A stretch of DNA of 58,484 bases, counting the filler, from Asterionella formosa (taxonomy: Eukaryota), in NCBI GenBank assembly GCA_002256025.1. It is 4 parts of 4 records of this genome, joined end to end, with 100 filler letters (N's around TTAATTAATTAA, not from the genome) between each part and the next. Parts side by side here need not be neighbours in the genome. Positions count along the whole stretch, not along the records: positions 29,304 to 43,844 come from NKIB01005937.1; positions 43,945 to 58,484 come from NKIB01005940.1; 2 more parts are not named here. One strand, given 5' to 3'. The translations under genes were made by a program, and so were the position numbers. This document shows, in pieces, positions 37,901 to 49,787 of the stretch; position 1 is the first letter of the stretch, and every line of letters starts with the position of its first letter. Below the pieces are notes generated by a model that was given only the letters and a program-made list of their open reading frames with translations, searched no databases and was not told the origin of the DNA.

Positions 37901-40048
37901 TGAATCTAAAAGGATCAAAGACGGACAGCTCCATCATGACCGATGGATGTGGCCTCATCTCAAGAGATGGAATCGACTATATCTGGCGAGCATTTCATGG
38001 TATCATCAATGAATCGGATGCACAATCAAAAGAAATTGAATATCATTGTCCATGTGCCTCATTCCAAGGTAGAATTGGAGGCTTCAAAGGAATGTGGGTT
38101 TATGACAGCATTCTGGGGTCAATGGATCAGGGAATAATTCTTCACTGTCGTCGTAGTCAGCTGAAATACAATTTACCAATGAGATGTTTGACAAACAAAG
38201 CATGGGAACAGCTTGGACTCAAGCTGGATGAAAGTATTGTTGACGACTGCTATGATACCGTCGATGTCAACAGTTGGGATGACACCCCGGAAAAAGGGCG
38301 TCTTAGTATTCGGGCAATTCAGTTGCTGGAAGAAAGGGGTGCATGTTATGACATTGTTGAACAATGTGCAAAGGACGGCACCAAGGAACTTGAAGAATTC
38401 ACGATTGATAAGTCAGCATTGCCAATGCAGATTTTTCGTCGGCATGCGAACATGGTAGCTGGTGATGTTATTGGCGATGATCTTCTCTTTGAAATGCAAG
38501 CCGCCAGTGTAAATCCTAACGAACCTATTTTTGCTGGGCTGCGAACTAATTTTATGAAATCTAATGCAGAGAAAATGCGGTTAAAGGTGAGAAAGGAATG
38601 TTGCATTTATTACTATTGTTCATTTCCCAATTGGCACTCATGCTACCACAGGGTCAATACCCCTTACGTGACTGTCTGAACTTGAGGATGATCCCAGATC
38701 ATCTTGGACTGTTGGAGGAAGGGGAAGTTTTTATAGCAATTGGGCAGGGGAAGGATGTAAGGCATGCCAAGCAGGCAATATTGATGAGGAATCCTTCATA
38801 CTTTTCTGGAGACTTACGAAAGCTCAATGTTATCCCTTACGAAATCCTGCATGAACGATCACTTCGAGAATGTTCACTTGGCAGTTCGCAAAACCAATGC
38901 ATCGAATTTTTTAGGTCGCTCCTCAGCAGTACAGGTGGTGCAGTGGTTTTGTCCACTAAGGGTGATCGAAGTGAAGCGCACAGAATGAGTGGTGGTGACT
39001 TTGATGGCGACAAAGCGTGGGTGTGTTGGTTTGAAAAGCTTGTCGATCCTATTGTGTCGCTACCTGCTGAAGATTTCGATGCATTCGAAACGGTTCCAGT
39101 CAATGCATCTGACATTCCACATCATTCTTCAAGCACTGCAACAATAAATGACAGAATCCAATATTCTTGGCACTTCCGAAGGCATCAGTCGCATCTAGGC
39201 TCTCTGGCTAATACATTGGACAAAGTCATTGACAGATTCGGGTTTAAGGATAGCGCTGAAGCTGCAGAGGTGGGCATGCAAGCTTTTCTTCAGGTAAGAA
39301 GCCAATTGTCATATTTCCTTCATGACGCACATGAGCGAAATGAATTTGACTTACTCACTAGAAAACTTAGGTGGACGACCCTTATGATCTTTGCGAGATT
39401 AAAGCATGCGTGAACGACCAAGTCAAGAAATTGAATGACCCCCATTGGAAGGGCAAAACTAACTTTTCCCCTTCGTCAAAGCAATATTTTGTCGGTAAAC
39501 TCTACGACTTTGTGGGTGCCGCCATCAACAAGGCTGTTGAGGCTGGCAGTGTTCAGGTACGGATTCCAGATCAGCGCATTGAGCGTTTCATCAAAAAATC
39601 ATTCACGTTGGACAATCTTGAGACATTGTCTCTCTTGAGAGGGAAAATGAAGAAGGTAGCAAATAATTACGACAAGGAACTAGCCAAAACACTAGAAAGA
39701 GCTAAACTTCACGATGGGGACGCAGATGCATTCATCAAGACTTGGAAGAGTTGTTTCATTCAACAGCTAAAGCGCGATATTTTTCAAGGCCTCGATGATA
39801 CTGAAAGCATGGTATATGCAGCTGTCTTGTATGAACAAACGTTCCAGCTCGCCCAAGATAAGGCTGCTGGCCGTGCAACTGTGGCAAAACAAAGGTCGAA
39901 GATCGATTCAGCTGATCTGGCATGGAGAGTGGCGTCCGATAAGCTGTGTACTGTTATTGCCAGGGCAAGCCCTGGATTATGGCCACTTGTCGTGACGAAA
40001 GATTCAGAAAGGCTGATGTTTGGAAAGAAAATTAAGAAGAATAGGTAG
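31999..40048 (+). CDS. BAH-like / RecQ-type helicase / RNA-dependent RNA polymerase (RDR) fusion protein, 8 exons, ~2513 aa
   Basis: GT-AG introns 32535-32608, 33701-33776, 34289-34364, 35915-35986, 36228-36295, 38587-38651 and 39294-39370 join the ORFs in frame (7542 nt). Helicase motifs: APCGFGKSLCF, VIEPLRVLVENQ, VFDEFD, LSATA, YCLSKKEC, TTVLGRGFHHPSIRFVFH, YIQETGRGGRDG, and RQC-like CRY...CDNC. RdRP motifs: TDGCGLIS, FQGRIGGFKGMW, PDHLGLLEEGEVF, RNPSYFSGD, MSGGDFDGD. The start codon and first exon are the least certain parts. Confidence 0.88.
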
Positions 40049-40847
40049 ATTTCCCACTATTTACAGAAATCAGCCCACCGTTTGTGTACGATAATATGAG
40101 TCACCCTAATTGGTTAATGTCAGTTGGAGGTGGTCTCTAGTCCAGCGCTATAAAAATCCTGTTCCCACTAGGCTCATCTAGAGAGTGAAACAAAAGGTTG
40201 CCTCCAGCGTCCTTTTAGTAAATACAGCATTTGTTGTGGGTGTTCACCATCCTATTTTGACAAAACACAATTGCATAGTCAATGTTTACTATTTCCACAT
40301 CTCTTATGTGACGCCATCCACTTTCAAACTAAAACAATGCCGTTCAATCACAAAAACCTGAGAAGCTGTAACTCTCGAAGGTAAAACTTTTATGACAACG
40401 TCTCTCGTCGTCCTCATACCGTCGATAGTGCTCAGTCCTTTAACTGCCGTCGAAAACAGTGGCCCTTTCTCCAACCTCATTGTTTTCCCATTCCCAAACA
40501 TAAAAGGCTCCCAACTCGAATCCCCCGAATCTTGGCATGTTCGGATTGCCCAATATTTGACTTGATTCGGACGGCACCTTCTATCACGCATACCCAAAAT
40601 ATATTAATATGTTTGTACCTTGATTATATGACGCAATGGGGACACTACCTGTACAACACCAAGAACAGCACGGAAATACAATGAACCACAGAGATTCATG
40701 TGAATAGGACGATACATTCAAATCCGAATGCTGCTGGCTGTCACAGCAAACTCTAGTCTATCGATATACACTACGCTTCTTGACTTTTCCGTGATATTGT
40801 CGTTGCTGCAATTAGTATATATTTCAACCGCTTCATGGGTACATGAA

Positions 40848-43121
40848 CTATTTCGACGGTACATTTCTCAGCCGAGTTTCCATTGCCGACTCTTCATAAT
40901 CATCCAACAAAGACCGACCAGAGGAGGCTTTAACCCCAACGGATGGTCGTCCCAATGCTGGTGGCCCCATACCCAGAGTCGTTCCAGGATGGAGACAAGT
41001 GCCTTGTCCCATTCCGGAATTCAAACCCATTCCCATGCTTTCGTTGCCAAAGACGTTGCTTGCTTCGACTTGATTCTGCAAAAAATTGCTAGACCCGCCT
41101 AAATTTTGAATGCTAGTTTTACCACTTATTCCCATGCTTGTAGGGATACCAGAGGTCATGGTTGACTGCACTTGTTGCGATGATTGGCCGCGGTCAAAGA
41201 ACATTGATAATCCAGATAAAAGACGTGAAGGACTAGATGCCAATTTCAAAAAGGTTGATGACACTGTAGGAGCCAATACTGGTGGTTGTGGAGGGCCGTC
41301 CGTGCCATTATCGGACAAAAGATGGTGACCTTGTTGTTGTTGTTGTTGTTGCTGCTGCTGTTGCAAGTTACTTCCTAGTTGATTTTGCTGTTGAGCTACT
41401 CTTTGCATCGCATTTTGATTGTGATGCTGAATTTGTTGTATCTGCATGCTGTTGGGGGGCAGGTGTATTTGCTGCATGACATCTTGTTGCATCTGATGTT
41501 GCGCCATATCGCTTGATGATTCCCGGTTGAGAGGCCAAAACGACGCAAGCCAGTCTGAAACTTGCGTTGTAAAACGCGTCAATGAAGGGACATCAGAATT
41601 TGGCTTGAAATCACCGGAAGTGTCTAATGGCCGAGGTTCGTAATCTTGTGGCAAGTTAAAGTTGGGCATCTTATCCATTGAATGTGGATTGGAAGAAATA
41701 GTGTCCGCTCGGTGATTAAACGATTGCTGCTGGAAGCCTGCCGATAAGTTTGACTGATATTGCGAGGAAAAAAGATTCAACGACGTGGCCTGCTGTTGCT
41801 GATACATATTACCTTGGTTGAAGGTGGAGTTTTGGTTATCGTTAAACGTCGTCGTGGGCATCCCTTGTGGCGTGACTCCTTTGTCATGAAATGTAGGAGG
41901 CAACTGCTCCATCGACTGTGTCAGTCCGAAATTACGCACGTCTTGAGCAGCACTGTCGGCCATTGCTTGTCTGAAGCTTTGATCTGGCATTTTTTGCAAT
42001 CCCGATCCTGTCATTTGGTCGAACTTGGGCGGTGTTGCCATTTGACCATAGCTTGCAACTGAGATTTGCGACAAGGAATGATCAAAAATCGGTGCATTGA
42101 GAAGTGAGCTTGTCGATGTGATTGGATCGAAGTGCAGCGGTCTCGATGGCGCCATCGGCTGTCCGAAACTTGGTGCTACAATATGAGATTTATTGGAAGA
42201 TTGATCGCTAAATGCGTTGGCACCAGATGATTGCGAGGCGAAGTTCTGGTACCCTCCATTTTGTTGTGTTTGAAAATTCCTCATGGCTGGAGCTAGAGCG
42301 GGAGGCTGGTGTTGCGAACCACCGAAGAGAGCCGACTTTTGAAAGAATCTAAATACAGAGCTAGCGCGCTGCTGAAGTGGTGCAGTAGGCATCGGCATCG
42401 GGTCTTCTTCTATCTTTTGACGTTTCGCTCCAAAACTGAACCACGAGGACCCCCGCTCCAAGGGACGCTTGCCCCCTCCAGGAGGCGGAGGCACATGCTC
42501 CGAGGCAGAATCTTTTGTCAGATCTCTGGATGGCGGAGGAGGCAAGTCAATCTGCGGCTGCGCAAGTTGAGACTTCGCAATGGCCGCCTGTGCTAGATCC
42601 GACAGATTAGGTGGCAACCCCGTGTTGCCTTTCAACACAGGCACCTCGTCATCATTGTCATCGTCGCGATCGCGCTCCCTCAGCGCCTGCGACGTCTTGT
42701 CGACTGCTCGCTTGTAGGGAACAGGATACCAGAGGCCATTGGTCTTGTGACATTCCAAGAATCTGCCTGGCGGGTTTTGCGACAGCACGTGGTGCACAAT
42801 CGCCTTGCTGACTAGGAGCTTGGTATGTTTCGGCGACTTTTTGTAGAGGCTTCGGTTGGATCTAACCAAGCGACGGTACCATGAGTTCCCCGGATGGCTG
42901 GGGGCAGTGGAGGTGGTTTGAGAGACAGTGGCAGTGAGGGTTGGCGTACATGATAGCCGCAAGGAAAGCATCTGCGAGAAAGTCACTTACTGGTTGGTCA
43001 GACCGCCGCGACCGCAGAGAACGTCGTGATCATGAGGATGCAGCACATGCTCCGCTGGTGTGTGCTCCTGCTCGTTCCTAATAGGGAGTGTACCATGGTG
43101 CGAGGACAGGTGACTTTCCAT
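40848..43121 (-). CDS. DUF6824-type diatom protein with long Gln/Ser/Pro-rich tail (intron 42898-42990)
   Basis: The spliced N-terminus reads HPHDHDVLCGRGGLTNH|HPGNSWYRRLV...K..VSKAIV..V....PPGRFL......GLWY.V....AVDKTSQALRE, the conserved diatom DVLxGRG domain. PolyQ further downstream. Confidence 0.88.
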
Positions 43122-45049
43122 GACCTGAGCTGAGCTGAGCGGATTCAGAGTGCGACAGCGATGAACTGCAACAACGAGTAATGGGAGCAGGCTCGCGCGG
43201 ATCAGATTGGAAGGGAGTTTATCAAAGTGTATAAGTGCGATGCTTTCGTCGCTAATGGTCGCGTTTTCTCAGCTGTGTCTCGTTGAGGGGCTGATGTAGA
43301 GATGTATATAAGTGAAGCGACTATAGCGTCCAAGGGTGAACGGAAGGAGAAGAAAGCGACCTGTGCCTCGTGACTTCGTGGGACTAGTCAATTGCTAATA
43401 GTTGATGCAGTGACTATCGGTTGAAATTAAATCGATCTATGTATTATACAGTAGGGATGGCGGCTACCGGTAACACAGTTCATCCATCGAAGAACACCGG
43501 TATGTTGCTTGTCTATCGTGCTGCGTACATTGGCATTCTTGGACGTAGACTTGTGTACTACATTGATTGTATACTTGCTCGCTCGTTCCTGGGACCTGCC
43601 TGGTACCACTTAAAAACTGTAAGCCACCGCTATTTTACTCTATCTTTCGACTAAAAATATTTATGTAATTCAACGATCAAAACTTGACGCAAGTACAAAG
43701 CTTATGTTAGACAATGCTCTCTGCTATACTATTAAGGAATCAGTTTTGATTCAGTGTATCTAGCCATGAAGAAATAATTTTTCCAAAGTCACTAAGATTA
43801 TTGCATAGCGGTGGCTTACAGTGCATATTTTTCTATCTGTACATNNNNNNNNNNNNNNNNNNNNNNNNNNNNNNNNNNNNNNNNNNNNTTAATTAATTAA
43901 NNNNNNNNNNNNNNNNNNNNNNNNNNNNNNNNNNNNNNNNNNNNACATATTAGTCGTCGTCATGCATAATGCATTACATAGAAATACGGTTTGCACACGA
44001 CCTCACTTTAGAAGTGTTGTAACCTGGTAGGAGTTGTGTCTGCACCGTGGTATGGTACCGTTAGTGAGCGAGAATGACAAGAAGCGTTGAAGTTCTTTTC
44101 ATTGGCTGTGTATGTAGATTTCTATGTATTGCTTGTTGCTCTCGTCTCGAACGAGCGAACCGCCATCACGATTCCACCTACACATGTAGAATGATGCATG
44201 CAGCTGTCAGCTACCATTTACTCCCAGGCAGAGCAGGGTACCGCCCAGGTGCGATGCATAGGACTAACAATCAATTACATAATAGCTACCAGTATGTAGT
44301 GTACTTACCGTACCTGGTACCTGGTACCTGGTACCAGGTACCGAAAAAGTCCATGCAGTCGGTGCATAATAAATACCGGTATGTACCCGTACGTTACATA
44401 TAAAGTACCTAGTACCACTATCTTCGCTTGTCAAATGTACCCATTCTTTACATATACCAGTACCGGCATCTTCGCTTTTCATGCTGGTTACTACATATAG
44501 CAGGTAACGGTAATTATTAGAAGAAGCGCTTCCCGGCGCGCCACATTTCGTTCTGACTTCCATACATGGAAGTGCAGGAATCAAAGAACAGAACAAGCTG
44601 TCAATTTTTGGATGATGTACCTGGTCCCGGTAGCTATGTACAGTACCGGTACTCTACCATTAGAGTTTCCGGTGGCGCGCCATTTTTCTCAGGGTATATA
44701 TAATTTGTACCATTGCATGTAAAGAAGGCCACTGGTACTTACCGTTGACACCTGTTGGCGCGCCATTTATCTCAGGGTAATATAATTTGAACCTGGTCCA
44801 GGTACCGGTACCCTTGCATGTAACTTTCACTGGTATGTTCTCCACCACCCACCACCTAAGAACTGATACCGGTAGCTTGCGTTACTTCCATATTTAGTCT
44901 CAAAGGTTGCCTTAGCTACCGGTAGATGAGAAATGGAATGGAAAAGCTAAATTAATGTTTACTCCATTCAGCTTTTTTTGTCAGTACAAAATTTGCAATG
45001 ACATCAATGACGTTGTTTTGCTTACTCCTTTACCATATTGTGTACAATT

Positions 45050-45370
45050 TTTTTATCAACAAACTTGTTTTCTTGATGCACCATCATACAATTGAAATCA
45101 GCGATGTGAAGAAGATCTTTTGTTAAATATTGACATCAGTCACGCTTGTTTTCTTGATGCATTATATGATTGCCTTAAACTTCAACAATATAACGACAAT
45201 CTTGTGTTAAAAATTTGTCACCAGTCACGCTTCAAGCGTGACTGGTAAAGTTATTTTCTTGATGCTTCACATGATTGCCTTCAACTTTAACTATCATATA
45301 AGGACAATCTTGCGTTAGAAATTGACACCAGTCATGCATGTTTTCTTGATGCATCACATGATTCTTGCCT
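45050..45370. repeat. Diverged ~80-110-bp tandem repeat
   Basis: ttttcttgatgc...tgattgcctt...acaatcttg.gtta...ttgaca.cagtca.gc recurs about four times. Confidence 0.7.
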
Positions 45371-45838
45371 TCAGTGAACACTATCTTGTTTTATGTTTGA
45401 AACTCATGCTTGGTAATGTTCTTGCGATAATATTTAAATGATTATTGACTGTTGAAGTAAATCAAAACCAAGGGAATGGATTGGTCAGTATCTTTCATTA
45501 TATGATTCAATTCCAACACTCTTTTGAATTCAAAGTGAAGTATCTAACTAGAAGTAGTATTTGTTGAATATATGAGCTTATTAGTTAATCCTTGCTTGTG
45601 TGCAATGCGATCTCCTAGGTTTACACTAAAGTATTCAAATAGGTGTTAGTCGAGTTCTCTCCTGATCGAGTTCTGTTTTAATCTATGTTAACCTTACCCT
45701 ATAGGTGTGTCTGTAGTTGAGCGAGATCACTCACCGGGTACAGGACATTTCATTGCGTAATACTGTGGTACTACTCTGGGGTACCTGCCTAGACTACCAG
45801 TAGTATCAGGTAAAAACCAGGTACCAGGGTACTGTGTT

Positions 45839-46240
45839 GTTAAAGTATTACCTTTTGAGATAGTTCTATATTGTTAGACAAAGAAGGCTATAGATAGATA
45901 GAGACGTCCATTTCTCTTTCATTTCAATTTTCTTATTGTGAGATACTAAATTAGTTTAGGTTGTTCAGCTAGAATGAACAAACAAACTATTCTCCAAATG
46001 CTGTTGTCTTTCCTAGAAACATGCAGTCATAGATAGACCCATGTCTATCTAACACTGACTGATCATAGGTTTATAACCATTGATCATTAAATTCAAACTA
46101 TCAGTCTTCCAAATAGCTTACATCATCTGGCTCATCATAGTAGAGTAATAACATGTGGTTGATGAGAGCTTGATCCATCAAAGTCGACTCATTTTTACTA
46201 TGAGTCGTAACTACCGGCACATAGATGAGCTCACTTTAAC
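45839..46240 (-). mobile_element. Copy 2 (inverted) of the GTTAAAGT...ACTTTAAC element
   Basis: Reverse complement of 23490-23933, e.g. tggttgatgagagcttga and tagatgagctcactttaac. Confidence 0.75.
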
Positions 46241-46539
46241 CCCGTGGCTTATACGGAATACCAAATGCATGTGTGAATGTATTTAATGTACATTGTACGG
46301 AGTTCTTTACATGGTACCAGGTACCAGGGTACCGGTACTCTAACACCATTATGTAAGGTAATCATGTATGTAGCATATTACCGGTATTTTTTGCACACAA
46401 GATGTAAAAGGTAAAAACTGTTCAGCAAACTGTCATAAAACAAGAAGTCTACCGAATACAATATATTTTATCTATACAAAACCTTTTCTTTATCAACATC
46501 AACCTTCCGTGACGGCATTTATATATCACTCATTGCCTC

Positions 46540-47871
46540 ATGTCAACAGAACTTGCTATCGATGCTGCATCTCCTCCTGCTTCTGCCGATCTAGGCAGCG
46601 GCGGCGACGTGAAGAATCAAAACAACCGCCGCAGAGGACGCAAGGGCAAGGCATCGTTGGTCAAGCCAACCACAACCCCAACGGAGGATGCTGCCAACAA
46701 GGACGATGTTGTGATGGGGACGGCAGACGACATTGATAAAAAGCAAGCTCGACGCCGTCGTCGTGGAACTGGAAGAACGAACAAAGCAACGGCAAATGGC
46801 GAGGAAAAGATTGCGGTGGCACCTGAAGTATTAGCCAATGCTGCTGAGCCTACCATCCCCACTACCACCGCTGCTCCCATGGAGGTGGATGATGTAGCCA
46901 AGGAGGAATCCAAGAAGCAAGCTACTGTGCTACCTCAACGACGTCGAGGCCGAAAGAAGCCTGGAACCAAAATTGACGCAGCGGTGGCGAGTCCAACTCT
47001 TGTTACGACGGCGCCGGCTGACCTGCTGAACGAAGCTGTCCCAGCCCAAGGAACAGACGCACCATTGGACACATCCTCGCCAGTCAAAAAGGCAGCGACG
47101 AAAAATCGTCAGAGACGTCGTGGACAACGAACGGCAGTGGTGGCTGCGATTAGGACGGATCAAGACATACCAATGGTGGAGACCCCTGTGTCACCGGTCA
47201 AGAAGGTCACATCGAGTCAACAACAGAGATGTGCCGCAGTGGGTGCTCCTGCTGATACAACTCCAACCGATATTGCAGAAGCTACCGTCGATCTTTCAAC
47301 AACGACTGCCATCCCTCGCCGTCGTCATGGTGGTCCTCGAACACAAGTCGCAAAGATGGCAGAGTCGTCCACGATTGCGAAACGAGTCAATAAAAGACTC
47401 TTCACTCGAGCAAAAGGGTTTGATATTTGGAAAACTGACGCTGCCATCAAGGCCCAATCGCTTCGTTCAAATCAGGAGGAGGGCAGTACTCTTTCCGTGT
47501 CCTTTCATAATGCAACATCCAAGGATAATGTTGTGGTGTGTTGGATGGACACTCAAGGAATTCCCAAGCGATACGACCGTCCTACAATGGATATCAGTCA
47601 AGACATTCCATGTGGTCAAGTCATTTGCTTTGCCGTGTGCAATAATTTAGAACAGTGCAAAAATGACACTACAATGGATATGATTCTAGCTGCCTATCGA
47701 CCACGAGTGCCTGTCAAGGACCTCCAAATTGTGACTTTGGTGGAGTCGACGAAACAAGGTCCCGACAGTGCAACTCCGATCTACACCATTCAAGTGAAGT
47801 CGGCAAATTCTTCCAGGGATGAGGATGCAGTAGTTCCCATGGATGTGACGGATGAAACCGAAGCTGAGTAA
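46540..47871 (+). CDS. Low-complexity protein with repeated Arg clusters and C-terminal VHL-beta-like domain
   Basis: 443-aa ORF with five RRR(R)xG-type basic clusters. LRSNQEEGSTLSVSFHNATSKDNVVVCWMDTQGIPKRY resembles the VHL beta-domain start (LRS......V.F.N.S...V...W....G....Y). Confidence 0.7.
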   Translation: MSTELAIDAASPPASADLGSGGDVKNQNNRRRGRKGKASLVKPTTTPTEDAANKDDVVMGTADDIDKKQARRRRRGTGRTNKATANGEEKIAVAPEVLANAAEPTIPTTTAAPMEVDDVAKEESKKQATVLPQRRRGRKKPGTKIDAAVASPTLVTTAPADLLNEAVPAQGTDAPLDTSSPVKKAATKNRQRRRGQRTAVVAAIRTDQDIPMVETPVSPVKKVTSSQQQRCAAVGAPADTTPTDIAEATVDLSTTTAIPRRRHGGPRTQVAKMAESSTIAKRVNKRLFTRAKGFDIWKTDAAIKAQSLRSNQEEGSTLSVSFHNATSKDNVVVCWMDTQGIPKRYDRPTMDISQDIPCGQVICFAVCNNLEQCKNDTTMDMILAAYRPRVPVKDLQIVTLVESTKQGPDSATPIYTIQVKSANSSRDEDAVVPMDVTDETEAE

Positions 47872-48833
47872 TGGACAAATTTAATCAATGGGAGAATCAT
47901 GAAAAATAGTTATACCCTGCTTGACTAAATTGTGAAAGAAACATGCAATATACATTTCGGGTTTTCGCATTGCATCTTTTGGGTTGTAGTTAACATTTAA
48001 AGCTTCCTAATAATCATTAATATTTTTGGGGTTACCATTTAGGTTTGTTAAACTGGTAATTGTTTATTAAATGCAGCGGGTCTTATTGTTTTCTGAGCCA
48101 AACAAGTAACATACAAGGGAGGATATCATTACACAGTACTGGTAGACTACCAGCAGATGCAAGTTTAAAATGGAATTCTTGAGCCCCCAAATGGGATATT
48201 TTAATTTTGCTTAGCTCTCATGCATGCATGTTTTATAAATTGAAGTTAGAAATTTTTTTCATGGTAGAACGGAATTTTTCTGGCTCTTGTTGTACTTTCT
48301 ACAACATGCCAAAGTACTTTCGCATCATCGATTCACGAAGTTCTCAAAGGTTTGTGGGAACGATCCTGTCATTTTTTGTGATGCAGGAAATGTTATCAGA
48401 CGAAAAGTCCGAAAACGGCAAGACTTTTTGAAATCCTTGAAAAAACTAAAGCTTATGACACCAGAGTCATTGATCATTGTCACCAGCGCGACATCCCAAT
48501 CCAGTACTTGAAGGAAAGCAATGAGCTAGATGAGGTGGGGAGTTAAAAGTCGGAAAATTCAATTCCTTTTCTGTCATTTCTCTGAAATTGAAATGGTTTA
48601 TAGTACAAAATGTAGTAAGATTACCCCGTTATAAGGGTCTAAGCAGTTCATTGTGGTCTTGAGCAGTTTTTGACTGGTTGCCTGTCTCGTCCTATGCAAG
48701 TTTTTATTCACAATAATAATGTTATAGGTCGATTTCGAAATATATTGTGAAATATTTAATAGTTAGTTGTCTTGTGTATTCATTTTCTACTGACAGCATG
48801 GGCGGATTCCATCCAGTTGGGGGGCTCTGGCAC

Positions 48834-49787
48834 TCACGCTGCGGGCGACGAATCCTTGTGACTAGGTGGTGGAGCAGATGCTGCACCCATATTCCCCGAG
48901 GAACGATTCGATGGTGACTTCATATAGTCGGCATTCCTCTCTGTTTCCAGTTGCAACTCCTTAAAGAGTTCAGCAATTGAAGCAGCCCTTTTCAAACGAG
49001 GAACAGTGGAACTCATCATGCTCCAATCATCGTCACCGCCAAGACTCTCGCCTTCGTCAGACGTCTTTATTACAATGGAATCAATTTCCCGTTGAATGAT
49101 ACCCCTTCTCTGTCGCCTTCGTCCTCCAAAAGCATCTTCGTCGAAAGGCAGACTGGCACTAAGCTTTCGTTCCGACCCAACATGATCTTTTTTTCCTTCA
49201 TCACCTTGCCCTGATTTTCCCGAGGACTTACTTGAATACCAACTAGTGCTGCGTCGACTGAAGGAATCACGAAGTTCCTGGACTGGTGTTCGTTCATTGA
49301 AAGACAATGAATTGCGATGACGTCGCAATCGTTGTGGGGGGACCTTGAATAGAAACTCGACTTGAGTAGTACCACTCCTTTCCTCGTTGCCTATTGAAGT
49401 CGACTCCAGGATATGTTCGTCTATTCCTGCTTGAACTGATCCCAAAGAATCGTCACCACTCCATGATTCAAGAGAGTGAAAAGACCGTGCCATGAGCGGA
49501 GCAGACAGTTCTAAAGACGATTTTGACTTCTTGATGCCGCAAACACTAGGAGTTCGTGTTGGCATCATCATTGCCGTTAAATCAAACGAGCCTCCTCGAG
49601 ACTTAGTATAGTCCACGAGGCGCCTTCTGGGGGTATCCACACTAGTTACCAAGGACGCATCCAGCATGCCTGGCAACCGAGAAGATATCATGCTGTTGGA
49701 GTTGCTGTTGGAGTTGTTATTATTTGTGCGCTTATTACATTCGAGTTTGTCATCAGAGCGGTGATTGGATAGATTTGATGAGAGCAT
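48834..49787 (-). CDS. Ser/Arg-rich, probably disordered hypothetical protein
   Basis: Uninterrupted 317-aa ORF in GC-richer, CpG-retaining sequence. No recognisable domain. Confidence 0.7.
   Translation of the reverse strand: MLSSNLSNHRSDDKLECNKRTNNNNSNSNSNSMISSRLPGMLDASLVTSVDTPRRRLVDYTKSRGGSFDLTAMMMPTRTPSVCGIKKSKSSLELSAPLMARSFHSLESWSGDDSLGSVQAGIDEHILESTSIGNEERSGTTQVEFLFKVPPQRLRRHRNSLSFNERTPVQELRDSFSRRSTSWYSSKSSGKSGQGDEGKKDHVGSERKLSASLPFDEDAFGGRRRQRRGIIQREIDSIVIKTSDEGESLGGDDDWSMMSSTVPRLKRAASIAELFKELQLETERNADYMKSPSNRSSGNMGAASAPPPSHKDSSPAA

Noticed and set aside
36244..40048. RdRP as an endogenous viral element
   Set aside because: The motifs are of the cellular double-psi-barrel RDR type (DxDGD), not viral GDD, and the gene has spliceosomal introns.
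41336..41362. (TGT/TGC)n microsatellite
   Set aside because: It is simply the polyQ tract of the DUF6824 gene on the minus strand.
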